Assembly (NCBI RefSeq): GCF_018350175.1
Contig: NC_058368.1
Coordinates: 176,454,001 to 176,518,000, forward strand
Length of the DNA stretch: 64,000 nt
Reading direction: 5' to 3'
DNA from: Felis catus
Lineage: Eukaryota
The notes below the pieces were generated by a model. The model was not told the DNA's origin, did no database searches, and worked only from the letters and a program-made list of their open reading frames with translations. Positions 13,489 to 25,696 of this stretch are shown here, piece by piece (the first letter of the stretch is position 1; every line of letters starts with the position of its first letter). The translations under genes were made by a program, and so were the position numbers.

Positions 13489-14061
13489 GTCCCAGGGAGG
13501 AGGGACACTGCACAGGTGCCCTAACGTGAGAAATGAACCTTGGCCTGTCCCACATGACAGCCCCTTTTTGAAGCTCCCTCCTCTCCCTGCTCTGCCCCTG
13601 AGCCCGCCTTCATCCTGGGAGCCGATGGGGTTCTTTACAGTGAGTCTTAGCACTATCTACTCACCATCAGAGAACAGGTTCAGGGGCCATCTGACCGTAA
13701 TAATGGCCAACTTCTGTGGAGCACTACTCCGTGCCAGGTCCTGTGCTAAATGAAACGACTTCATTTCCTCTGAAGACATGCCCAAGTGTTCCCCAAACAC
13801 TGTGTTCTTTGATGTGGCTGGGCCTTCACATAGGCTATTCCTCAGTTGAAAATGTTCTTCCGGGCTTTATCCGTCTGGTGGATTCTCACCCTTTTGCACT
13901 CAGTTCTTCTGTCACCTTCTCTTGGAAGTCTTCCAAAGTTTTCCCGAGACAATAACATCAAAGCCTCCAGTAGAGCCCCACAATCATCATTTGGGTCTAT
14001 GTGTCTATCTACCCTTGAACTGTGGTCCCTCCAAAGCCCTAGGCTGTACCATTTTCACCTC

Positions 14062-14273
14062 CTTTTTTTTTTTTTTTTTTTTGAGAGAAAGAGAGAGAGA
14101 GAGGATGGGGAGAGGGGCAGAGAAAGAATCTTAAGCAGACTTCACATTCAGTGCAAAGCCTGACATGGGGCTCAATCCCACGACCCTGGGATCGTGACCT
14201 GAACCTAAATTAAGAGTGGAATGCTCACCTGACTAAGCCACCCAGGGACCCCCGTTTCCATCTCCTTATCCAT
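14062..14273 (-). mobile_element. Can-SINE
   Basis: Poly-T tail, (GA)n, head ...gccacccagggacccc. Confidence 0.9.
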
Positions 14274-14613
14274 GTCTGGCACATGGTAGGGGCATGAAAA
14301 CACAGGTTTTTCTCTTCTCAGTTCCTTGGAACTTCATCTCCTTCTCTTAGATGCTCCTCAGCCCTTCGCCTTCATGTAATATTTTTGTCTTTATTCCAAG
14401 AACAATGCTAGTTACATTGGAGGTACTGACAAATGTAAACTGAATGACACAAATGAACCCCTGAACTTATCTGCGGGGTACCAGATAGGAGGCATTGAAT
14501 TATTTGCCTACAGAATCCATAATTACCTCCAGGAAGATATCATCAGAACAGGTAGGGAAGGATGAACTCAGAAGAAGGAAGAGAATGAGAGAAAGTGCTG
14601 GAGCTAACATTTT

Positions 14614-15050
14614 CCTTCTTTTTTAATTTATTAATTTAAAAAAAAAATTTTTTTTTCAACGTTTATTTATTTTTGGGACAGAGAGAGACAGAGCATGAAC
14701 GGGGGAGGGGCAGAGAGAGAGGGAGACACAGAATCGGAAACAGGCTCCAGGCTCCGAGCCATCAGCCCAGAGCCCAACGCGGGGCTCGAACTCCCGGAGC
14801 GCAAGATCGTGACCTGGCTGAAGTCGGACGCTTAACCGACTGCGCCACCCAGGCGCCCCTTAATTTTTTTTTTTTTAATTTGAGAGAGTGAGAGGGCATG
14901 AGTGGGGGAGAGAGGCAGAGGGAAAATCCTAAGCAGGCTCCATGCTCAGCGGGGAGGCCGACATGGGGCTTACTCCCATGACCCTGGGATCATGACCTGA
15001 GCCGAAATCAAGAGTCGGACACTCAACCGACTGAGCCACCCAGACACCCC
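14614..15050 (-). mobile_element. Young SINEC_Fc (about 14625-14859) inserted in the tail of an older Can-SINE (14860-15050)
   Basis: Two tandem SINE bodies; outer TSD tggagctaacatttt / tggaactaacttttt. Confidence 0.9.
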
Positions 15051-15059
15051 TGGAACTAA

Positions 15060-15240
15060 CTTTTTCTGAACACTTGTGTGTGCCAGGCGTGTGTTTCACT
15101 AACTCCGCACGACGATCCAGTGAAGTGAATACTGTGATTCTCTTAATAGACAAAAAAATAAAGGCACAGAGAGGTGAAGCGACTTGCCTAAGATCATACA
15201 GTAAGCAAGAGCTGTGATCTGAGCCCCATCTGCCTAGTTC
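15060..15240 (-). mobile_element. MIR
   Basis: aggcacagagaggtgaagcgacttgcctaagatcatacag. Confidence 0.7.
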
Positions 15241-17849
15241 CAACAGTTGGGCAGAGAAGGCTAGGGTGTCCCTGCAGTGTGAGAGTATGGGGAAAGGGAG
15301 GAGGGGCTGGCAGACCCTGGGGGAGAAGGAATGGGATGCCTGCCCTGTGGCTTAGACCCAGATCCCTGGGCATGTGTCGTCCCTGAATCCAGATGTCCTA
15401 TGTCATGTTTCCTCAGGACAGATGTTTGCTGGCCTACAGACTTACCCCAGACTCTCCCAATACAGTTAACCACTTTGAAGCTCCACTTTTAAGTAGACCC
15501 TTTCTTTTTTCTAGTATCAATCCTGTCCTGAACACTTCCCTCTCAGTCCTGGACCAGGGTTTGGGTAACCATGACCCCACAGGATTGTGCAACAGCCACT
15601 GAAGGCTCCAGGAATCCACAACTTCTCAATAATGCTGAACTGGGCGAAATTTCCCAGTAACCGCCTCCTCTGCCTGACTAACGCTTTCTTAGCTTGGCAA
15701 TGCAATGTCCTATTTTTAAGGAGCCCAGTCATTTGGTTTAGATTCTTTATTTGTTTTATTTTCATGACCTTCTGAATCATTCATTTTTCTACTTTTGAAC
15801 AGATTCACTTTTGGCCACTTCCTTGTATAGAAATTCAAACCTTCCTTTAAAACTCAGCACCAACAACCCCCTTCTCCTGAAAATTCTCATCCATACCATC
15901 TCCTCTTCAGGAAGAAGTACTCCCCTCCCCACCTTCAGGACTATTCATCTGGTATCATCATTATCGTAATGATAAAAACGAGACATGGCAGACACTTGAA
16001 TAACTCCTCATAATTCTCTGGATGACCCTAGGAAGAAAGTAATTCTTATTTCCATTTTACAGATACTGACACTGAGCCTCAAGGAGCTTACGCCTCTTGT
16101 TCAAGCTCGTGTAAAGTAAGTCAAGAGATGAGATGTTAAATCGGCCCAGCCAAACTCCACAACGAGTGTATTGAAAGGTAGCTGTTTGTGTGGGGGTGCC
16201 TCACTCTTTCTGTGACGATGGTTTTGGTATCTGTTACCCCCCACCCCCAAGAGTGTAAGCTCGATGAAGTGTTTGTTCCCCATTTCCCTGTACGCAATAC
16301 ATATCTGTAATAGATAGCTGGCGTTGACCGATGATTAGAAGACTTCCCGTCCCTTCTGTAGTGTTAGCCGCTTGAAACTTTGCACAATTCTGCAGTCTTA
16401 CAACACCAAGAGCTGGGTAGCAAAACAACCAATGCATATTGAATGAAGGAAGTAAGAGACGGGCACACACTTGGAAGATTCCAGCGGATATATTTTCTAG
16501 CCAAAAATCTTTGATAGAAAATTAAAAAAATAAATTTTCTCTGTAGCTCAGGACCACTGCTGCCAGATAAGATCTCCATATCATTTTGGGGGGGTGGGGG
16601 GGTGGAAGGGGTTGAACTAACAAAATCTTACTGACTAAGGGTTCTTAGCTTTACTCAACATGCCTTTAATGGGTACCTATTGTGGTCCAGGCCTATACTC
16701 ATAAACAAGTGCTGGAAATGACTGTGGACACAAGTCACCAGGCAGAAGTCCTTTGGGTGCGTACCCTCTGCCCATTCCTTCTGGGAGACAAGCTCACGAC
16801 TTCTCTGAGACCAGGCAAGGGTAGAGCCTAGGGAATAGGGGGAGGGAGGGGCCATAGCCCTGTCTGGTCAAAGAGGACCAGGCAGGAAAGATCTCAACAG
16901 GCCAGCAGTCTCTAAGAAGTGAATGCCAGCAGCAGAATGGAGGCCTGGAGGAGGTTGGCTCATCCCTCAGGGAATTAATATGAAGACAAGCCTTTGGACC
17001 ATGAAGTGACATTGCAGGAACCAGACAGCGAGGAAAAGGTCTGGGAAGGATAATAAAAATGAGAAGCCCGTTGGGGTGGTACATGGAGACAAAGAGAGTC
17101 AAGAGTCCCCTTGTCATTTAGTGGAGTGCCTTTTACCTCAAATTCTGTTTTGCCCATTATCAGCATTGCTAGTCTGGCTTTCTTTTGTCTTTTCCTGCTA
17201 ATCCTGTGCCTAGCCTTTCGCTTACAACCGCCCAGGGACACTGCCCCAGGTGGGTCTTCTGTTACCAACATCTCACTGGCTTTTTGGGGTGGGGCTTGGG
17301 AGCCAAACTGCAAGCTTTGTCTTTTGATAAGAGCATCCCACCTGGGAAGCAGTAGGACCCAGTGGCTAAAATGGGCCTCTGATGCCAGGCTGCCCGGGCT
17401 GGAGGGCCTGCCGGCAGCCTGCCAATATTTAATGGGGCATACCATGCACACCTAGCACTTTCTCTCTTGTTCCCAACCCAACAGTAAGGGAGAGCAGAGC
17501 ACCCTCCCCGCTGGCAGATGGGGAAACTGAAGCTCAGAGACTTCAGTCAGTTGTTCGAGACCACATGGTAGGAACATTTAATTGACATGTCAAGGGACCC
17601 ACATATTGGGGTGGACCGATTGACCACCTTTAATCCAAGAGCTTCTTGACTCTTGGATCTGGCTGAAAGGACAGAAAGCCCTGACCCACTTGTCAAGGTC
17701 AAGGATAAGACTCAGACATGTGGATGGCAAAGCAATAACAACAGTAGTAATAATATTGCCAGCAAACGTTTATTCAGAATCCACTATGCCTCTAGCATCA
17801 TGCCGCACACTTTGTGGGTTTCATCTTGTTTACTTTTCTCAACACAATG

Positions 17850-18030
17850 CTTAAGTGCATGGACCCTGAAGCCAGACAGCCTGGGTGTGAATCTCAGCCA
17901 GCTATCTACTGGCCACGTGGCATTAGGCAAGTTGTTTTACCTCTCTGGGTCGCAGTTTCCTCATCTGTAAAACGGGGCTAGTGATGGTACCTTATAACAG
18001 ATTCCTGGCACGTAGTAAATAGGATATAAA
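17850..18030 (+). mobile_element. MIR
   Basis: ggcaagttgttttacctctctgggtcgcagtttcctcatctgtaaaacgggg. Confidence 0.75.
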
Positions 18031-18133
18031 TATTACTGCTTCATTTTTTTAAAAACTGAACTATAGTTGACACACAATATTACTTTAGTTTCAGATATAC
18101 GACATTACTGTTCCATTTTAAAACTCTAGTATC

Positions 18134-18351
18134 GGGGCGCCTGGGTGGCACAGTCGGTTAAGCGTCCGACTTCAGCCAGGTCACGATCTCGCGGTCCGTG
18201 AGTTCGAGCCCCGCGTCGGGCTCTGGGCTGATGGCTCAGAGCCTGGGGCCTGTTTCCGATTCTGTGTCTCCCTCTCTCTCTGCCCCTCCCCTGTTCATGC
18301 TCTGTTTCTCTCTGTCCCAAAAATAAATAAAAAAAAAATGAAAAAAAAAAA
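18134..18351 (+). mobile_element. Young SINEC_Fc
   Basis: CpGs intact, long poly-A; TSD AAAACTCTAGTATC at 18120-18133 / 18352-18365. Confidence 0.95.
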
Positions 18352-18762
18352 AAAACTCTAGTATCAGCTTCTTCTTTTCTTGGCTTATGGATGGAGTGCA
18401 TATAAAAAAAGAAAACTGATAGGATGGAATAGTTCATTTTTCAGAGCTGCAAGCAAATGGGAAGAGACTCTTTCAATGAAGAAGGCATCAGAGTTGACAG
18501 CCACAGTCTCCATTTACAAATAGGGAAACAGAGGCTCAGAGAGGGTAAGCTAATTGCTTGAAATCGCCCAGCTAACAAGCAGCAGGTGGAGGATTTGAAC
18601 TCAGCTCTGTCCGGTGTCACAGCTCATGTCCCTAACCCCGACCCCATATGGCTAGCCCTGCTGGTCATGGAAAGATCTGGTGCCTGGCTGTGCACTGAAA
18701 ATGGAAATATGAGGCCCCAGCCGCCCCCAGGGATGACTGGGGAGTGAGAGGAGCTCAGCTAT

Positions 18763-18777
18763 GGGGCAGAATGTTCT
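18763..18777 (-). promoter_or_regulatory. GRE (3/4-site type), about -23.6 kb
   Basis: GGGGCA gaa TGTTCT; a full CRE (TGACGTCA) lies nearby at 18901-18908. Confidence 0.65.
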
Positions 18778-20043
18778 GCCAGATGCTGGGGAGGAGCTGC
18801 CAGCAGCACTCAGTCTCTTTTATCCTGAGGAAAGGGAGGAGGAAGGCATGGAGGAACAGGGCTCACAAGCCAGCAGAGCGCAGCCTGGAATTTGGTGAGG
18901 TGACGTCAGGCTCACACATCTGGCCTCTGGAATGCTGAGGTCCCAGAGGACTGCCAAGCCTCTGCTTCTCCTTGAAGCTCTTCCCCTGAGATAACTCGGG
19001 CAGTTTTGCTGAGACAAGTCTCGGGCTTTCTAGACTCTCCTGAACACATTCAGGTGGTGACATGGGTATCTTCGTCCACGGATGACGACCAGGTTTCTGG
19101 AGACACGGGGCTAGAAGAAGCAAGGCCGCAGAGTCAGGCAGCTCTGAGAAGGATTCCTGGCTCGGGGATCCTGGCCGGTGCCTCAGTTCCCTCTTCCGTG
19201 CATGAGGATCGGATCCCTTCTTTGCAGGGTCTGGAGAAGGGAGAGCACGGTGAATGCCTGACACCCAGTCAAGGCTCCTGACCACCCGCCTGAGTCGGTG
19301 AACTAATGAGCCAACCGAGCTTGTTGTATGGCATCCTGCACAGCGCCAGCCTGCGGCGGGCGCTCACCACCTTGCTGACCCATGTGGTTAGAGGCGTGGT
19401 GCCTGACTTTCCTTTTCTGATTCCAGTTTCCACTCTGCTCCAAGAAGAACGAAGTCCCATCTGGCCTCTTCTAAGCACCAAGCTGAAGGTGCACAGTGAG
19501 GAGGGGCTCAGCCTTTCTGCCCTTGATTGTGCCCACTGATGGGAGCCCCACCTGACTCATTTTCAGTGCTTTTTACCTGGGAAAGTTTGGGACTGGCCAG
19601 TGTGACTTGCTGAGATTGGTGATTCATTTTAGTCTCAAAGGGAACAAAAGCCCAGGTCTTCCCAAAACGCCCTCTGCTTGGGGTGGCCTTATCCCTTGGT
19701 CAGGGAATGAGTCACCCCATCCTTATGGGTCCTCCCGTTTTCACTCTGCCTGGGCCTTCAGAAATCAAACAGCAGCTTCCTCTTTTCTCTGCTCCCAGGG
19801 GGAAAAAGGTGAGTATATGAAGGGAGGATTGAAGAGAGGAACTAAGCCACCATTCATTCTATGGTGGCCACCTAAAGGGAAGAGACTTCTCAGGGAAGGA
19901 TCACTTGATGCTACTGCACGTCAGGATCTCTTTCCCTGCCTGGCTGGAGGCAGGACCTGCCTCCTGTGCCTCCAAATACCCTCTCCACAGGTGGAAAACC
20001 AACCCATCCTCCACGATCTGCTGGAATTTAAAAAGGTGTCCTT

Positions 20044-20258
20044 GGGGCGCCCGGATGGCTCAGTTGGTCAAGCACCCGACTTCAGCTCAGGTCATAATCT
20101 CAGGGTTCGTGAGTCCGAGCCCCACATCGGGCTCACTGCTGTCAGCCTGCCAGCGCGGAGCCTGCTTGGGACTCTGCCCCCTCCCCTGCCCTTCTTCTGC
20201 TTGCACTCTCTCAAAAATAAATAAGTATTTTAAATAAATAAATAAATAAATAATAAAT
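20044..20258 (+). mobile_element. Can-SINE
   Basis: TSD AAGGTGTCCTT at 20033-20043 / 20259-20269; (TAAA)n tail. Confidence 0.92.
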
Positions 20259-23200
20259 AAGGTGTCCTTGACGATAGAATTCACCTGCGGCACTGGTCAC
20301 TGATTCCCTGCTTAGATAAAGCATATGACCTCAATTGTCGGCAAAATGAGGATTGTCGAATGGCACTGGCAAAGCTGTCCTGGCTGCGAAGATGACAGTG
20401 AGGGCACAGCACCAGTGAGTGTGCCCCCGCGGGGTAAATCCCCTCCCCGGGTTTCGATGAGGGCCAGGCAGTGGATGGGGCGCGAGCTCCTGTGATTCAG
20501 GGCTCTCGTATCTGGAAGTCAGACCTCCTGCCAAAGGCCGGACCCTCACGTATCTGGAGCTCAGCTGTGGGCCCAGAGTAAGCGGACAGGAACTGAGTGG
20601 GGACTGAGGGTCACAGGGCTCAAAGCGCATTTCTTTGATGTCTCTGAGATGGTCGGGATAAAAGGAGCTCGAAGGAGGATATCCTCAGAGCCCATCATCT
20701 GAAACAGCGTGACGTGGCCTGAGTCACTTCCCCTTTCTGGGCTGCAGGGTTTTTTTTTCCTTCTAATCAGTAGAATGGAGATAATTCTTACCTCACAGGG
20801 CTTTAGGGGCTTGGGCATGAGCTAGTGCTTGCAAGCCTGGCTCTTGGGCTCAAACCCCAGCAGGATGAGGCCATCTCATCACACGGGCCCTACCTCGGGC
20901 ATCCTTATGGTGGTGAGGAGGCTGGTGATAGGTTTGCAGAGGGTTAAATGAGAGAAGGGGCGAAGCATTTATGGCTAGTGGATCCTAGCGTTCGATAACT
21001 GTCAGCGGCTATTGTATCAGTCCGAGTTTAGTTTCTGGCATATAGCAGGTGTTCAATCAATGCTAGCTATTGTGGGGATGATGATGCCATTAACAGAGAG
21101 CACAAAAATAGAATAATGTCAAAGGGACAGTGGGCCGAAATGACAATCTTCTTTTAGATCACCTCCTTATTTTACTACAGGGGACGTGGAGGCCCATAGG
21201 GGAGACATGCCCAACCCGAGGTCACCTCGAGCTCATTTTTCTGTCTAGGGCTCTTCTTGGCCTACCTCACTTCACCCAGGCAATTGGGGCCATTTAGAGT
21301 GAGGACACTCATGGGCCTCAGTTTCTCCTTAGGAATTGCTGTGGGACTGCCCAGGGCAGGAATGAAGAGGCTTCAGGCTGGTTGGAGACATCCAGAAAGA
21401 ACTGGAGGGTATCACTGGCAGCAGCAGAGAAATGCCGATGCCTTGCAGAAAGCTCTGCTCCAGCGTGTCAAGGTGACAGCCTGATTTTGGAAGCAATCCC
21501 GCTATTGGGGAAGGCACGTGCATGCGCGTGTCAGTGTGTGGCTCAGAGACAGCTATTCTGGACGATCACGATGGCCATTTGGTGAGCCCTGACTGTGGTC
21601 CAGGCCAGGTGTGCATCTCACAGATCTTCATGGGGGTGAAGGTCTGTGGGGGTGGGCGCTGTGCTACCCCCAGCAAACTGAGGTACAGAGAGGCTGAGGA
21701 AGCGGTCCGAGGCCCCCAGCTAGTCCATGGTGGAGCTGGGACTTGAATGTAGGCCATGTGGTCCAGAGCTTATGGCCCTCCACACCCCCCAGCTGCCCCA
21801 ATGGGCCATGCCTTACACCCGTGTCACCCTTCTCACTGTTTCACATGATTTTTACCTCTGTGATCGCACGGTCAACTTGTGCACAGCCCTACGAGGCTCA
21901 GAGGGTCATAGGCTGGGCCTAGCACCGAGTACGGTCTCATTCACTCAGCAGGTTTTTCTGAGCCCTACCACTGGGGTCAGAGCTGGGACAGGAAGAAGTG
22001 GGAGTAAGACGCTGGCCATCATGGGGCATGTGGCCTGGATTGGGCAGAAATCAACCTGTTCATGGTCTATGTCCTTTGGGTACTGGAGGTGGGCACGGTG
22101 GCTTTGGTGGGAATGCTCAGCCAGGCAAAGGAAATGGGTGGCTGGGGTCAAGAGTCAGGGATTCTGGTCTCTGCTCTGTGCTTGGTCATTAGCAGTCACC
22201 GTGGCCAACCCCTACCTCTCATTGGGCCTCTGTTTTTCCCATTGGAACTATGAGGCAAGGGTGAGTGGATAGTCTTGAAAAGCCCTTTCAGGTGGCTGAC
22301 ACAGTGGGGCTATGACCTGCCTGGGACCTCCAGCTTGGCTGATGTCAGTCTTGGACTCTGGTCTGAGGGTCCGGGGGGTGGTAGCCAGTTCCCAGTCTGG
22401 CACCACCTGGGTCTCAGGCTGTATCCTAGATCCTTGGTCAGCCCCATCACATGCTGGTTCACGGAGTGATAACAAATGTCCCCATAAGTCCCTCCTTTGA
22501 GCTGACCATCTCACGCCTCCATCCTGACCTGGGCAAGGTCTCCTTCTATCTGTGCCCTTAGGCAGATCAGTTGCATCAAAACACGTAAGAAGACAGTGTG
22601 TTATGCTTTTCAATGTGTCTTTGCAGACATTTTCTCATTTCAAATGAATAAAACTCAGAATTTTGAATTAATTCAAAACGATAATAAAGGTACCATTTAT
22701 GGAGTTGCAGGTGAAGGGGCTTTTGTGTACGCCTCCAATCCTCACAGGGACGCTTTCATGTATTATCATAATTATTATTGCATTTTGCGACAAGATCGAG
22801 GTTCTGAGAGGTAGAGACAATCACGTAAGGTCACAGAGCTAAGAAGTGACAGGGCTGGCAAATAGGGATGTGTCTCATTCCAGAGCCCAGGTTATTTCCT
22901 CTCTGACATCTGCGGTACTCGTTCTTCTTTCATTCAGAGTACCTACTCTGTCCCAGGCACCCACTAGGTGCTAGGGCACACAGTGAACCTGCCAGGCCTG
23001 CTCCCTGGGTGGGTCACAGTCCGTAAGAAGCCCATGAGGAAGTATAATTACTCAGAGAGGCAAATGGAAGGTCTCTCTGCCTTGGTTCAACTCTCTCCCT
23101 CTCCCCACCCCCCCATCTACCTAACACCTGTGTGATCTTGGGCAACTACCATCACTCTTTATGCCTCTGTTCCAAGGCTGTAAAATCGGGAAAATATAAA

Positions 23201-25272
23201 TTTCCGCCTCACTGGGTTGTTGTGAAGGCTTCAGTAGGAAATGCACATCCAGCTGTCATGACCGTGCCTGGCCCAGAGAAGGTCTTTGGCCCTTTGACCC
23301 TGTCAAAGTCTGTCACTGCTCTATCTGAAAGGGTGCTCTGTGAAGCTGTTGTCATGATCAACCCCATTTGACAGCCAAAGAAATTGAGGCACTGAGGGGC
23401 CAAGTCTCTAGGACCACAGAGGAATAGGGAAGCTGAAATGGAGCCCTTGAGTGTCCCAGATGCATGTTCTGTTTCTTTTGAGCCACGTGGCGCCTGTATT
23501 CCCAGGAGCCTTCCCCTCTGAGTTCTGAGTCAGCTCCCCAGGAACCAGAGCCCTGACTCAGGGTGGATAAAGGAATCCCGGGAGACAAGGGGTTAAGCAG
23601 GTTGTTGCGCTACAGCAGAAACTTCAGGAAGTACAGGGCTGAGAGACTTCTAAGACAGAGGGAGCTTGAGGGCCAGAGGTCAGCCTGGTTCCTGGCCCAG
23701 AGGCTGGCTCTCAAGAGGGCTCCAGCCCCCAGACCAACTTGGCTCAGCTCATGCACAAGGTCTTTGAGGCCGTCTATGATCCACCTCCATCCAGATCCTT
23801 CTCCAGGCTTGCCTCTTGGCCTTCCCAGATAGGTTCCTGAGGCTGAGGCCTGGTGGGAGGTGACCAGAGCTGGAAAGAAAGTCCATTGCCCTACTCGGGT
23901 CCTCTTAGAGCACCTCAGGGCCTGTGCTCAGAGGCCAGGGGTCTTGAGTTCCGGCTCTGCCCCTTTTCGGGGGACGTTGGTCATGTGCCCCAGTGGTTCT
24001 GAGCCCCAGTTTTCTCATCTGTAAATGGGGGAAATTATAGTACTGCCCCCCTGGCATCAGGTAAAGTCAATCTAAGTACCTGGCGTGGAGCAAGGGCCCC
24101 AGTAATGCCAGTTCCTGCTCTTGTAGGTGAGGAAACAGGTGCTGGGACCTTGGCATTCTAAGGGCTGGGTGTGGGGCTTTCTCAGTGTTCCTGTGCTTCA
24201 AATTTCCTGGGGTCTCCTTTAGGTCACAGACGTTACCAGGGCCCCCGCTCTGTGCGTAGCAGGGAGGCCACTAGGCAGAGTCCCTCGGACAGCGTGGGTA
24301 GGGGGCTGACCACAGCCCAGCCACAGGGTGCTGTGGTCTCCTGAAATTCTGCGGCCTGTGTGACTCAGGACCAGCTCCCAGGCATCCCGAGGCTGGCCTC
24401 AGTGCCCTCAGCAGCAGCAGGAGGATCCTGATAGGGCCCTCACAGAGCACTGTGTGGCAGTGACATTAGATAACATGATCCTTAGTGGCTTCTCTGCACC
24501 CAACTCTGTGGAGTTTTCTCTGAAACACCCAGAGGCAGGGCTGGGCGGTTGTGTCAGAGTGAGGTCACCAGGATGACTGGCCCCCCCGGACCATGGCCCA
24601 GTGGAGCTTCAGAGCTGAACTCCTGACTTGGGAACCCAGAAACCCAACCACCCCCGCCCCTGCTTCAGTTGTCAGTCTAGAAGCTCTGCTTCTCAGTTGT
24701 GCCGACATACCTCAGGGTCCCAGCTGCCGGCCTGGAAGGGGCCTCGGGACTTTTGAAGGGATTTTGGAGGGCTGAGCCAGGCAGCTCAGCCCCTGCCGGC
24801 TTTGGTTCACTGACTCAGCCTCCCCCTCCCCCTCCCCCCACCCACCGACCTTTCCTTCCCACTGGCTATTTATATGGGCATTTCCTGTCCCTTGAATAGG
24901 TAAAGAAAAGGGAAGCGAAAGAAGCTCAACTTGGGGCTTCTTTAACCACTGGCAAATCATTTTCTTAATTATTAATTACACAAAAAGATAGGGGCTTGGA
25001 GTGGAAACGGCCATGCCTGAGAAGCATGTACATCGAAAAGTGTAATTGCCTCTCCGACCGCATCCTCCTTCCAGAAGGACCTGTGTGTGTGGCTGGGGGC
25101 CTCCCAGGTCTGTCCTGTGTGATTGGTAACAGGCCCACGCGCATACATAGCCTTTCTTTAAAAAAGGAGGGAACCTACATCGAGCCCCTACTATGTGCCA
25201 AGCATTGTGCAAATTCCTCAACTTGCTTTTTCTGTCAACAACATGCTGGGTATTAAAGATAATTCTTTAGGT

Positions 25273-25696
25273 CAGTAGATTTTGGTCTTGGCTGAACATT
25301 AGAACCCTCAGAATGATCTTTGAGGTGCCTGGGTGGCTCAGTCGGCTAAGTGTCTGACTCTTGGTTTCGGCTCGGGTCACGATCTCGCAGTTCACGAGTC
25401 AGAGTCCTGCGTTGGGCTCTGGGCTGACATGGTGGAACCTGCTTGGGATGCTCTCTTGCCCTCTCTCTCTGCCCTGCCCCTGCTCGTGATCTCTTTCTCT
25501 CTTTCTCTCTTTCTCTCAAAAAGAAATAAACTTTAAAAAAAAAAAAAAGAAAAAAGAACCCTCGGGATGATTTTAAATCCCATGCACAGGCCCCACCCTA
25601 GGCTGGTTACATTGGAGGTGCTGGGGATGGGACCAAGGTGTGAGGATTTTGAACCACCCAGGTGGTTTCAGTGTGGAGCCGGGACTGAGAACCACT
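25273..25696. mobile_element. MER5-type hAT-Charlie MITE, interrupted by a Can-SINE (+, about 25323-25553)
   Basis: Ends cagtag...ttggctgaacattagaa and ...gggactgagaaccact; SINE TSD agaaccctcagaatgat / agaaccctcgggatgat. Confidence 0.7.

Noticed and set aside
4391..18437. Recurring peptides such as GQRETEHERGRGRERGRHRIGNRLQ and GAWVAQSV...SAQVTIS in several ORFs
   Set aside because: Translations of Can-SINE bodies, not a gene family.
19607..20224. 205-aa ORF
   Set aside because: Non-ATG start, runs into a SINE, no recognisable homology or splice context.
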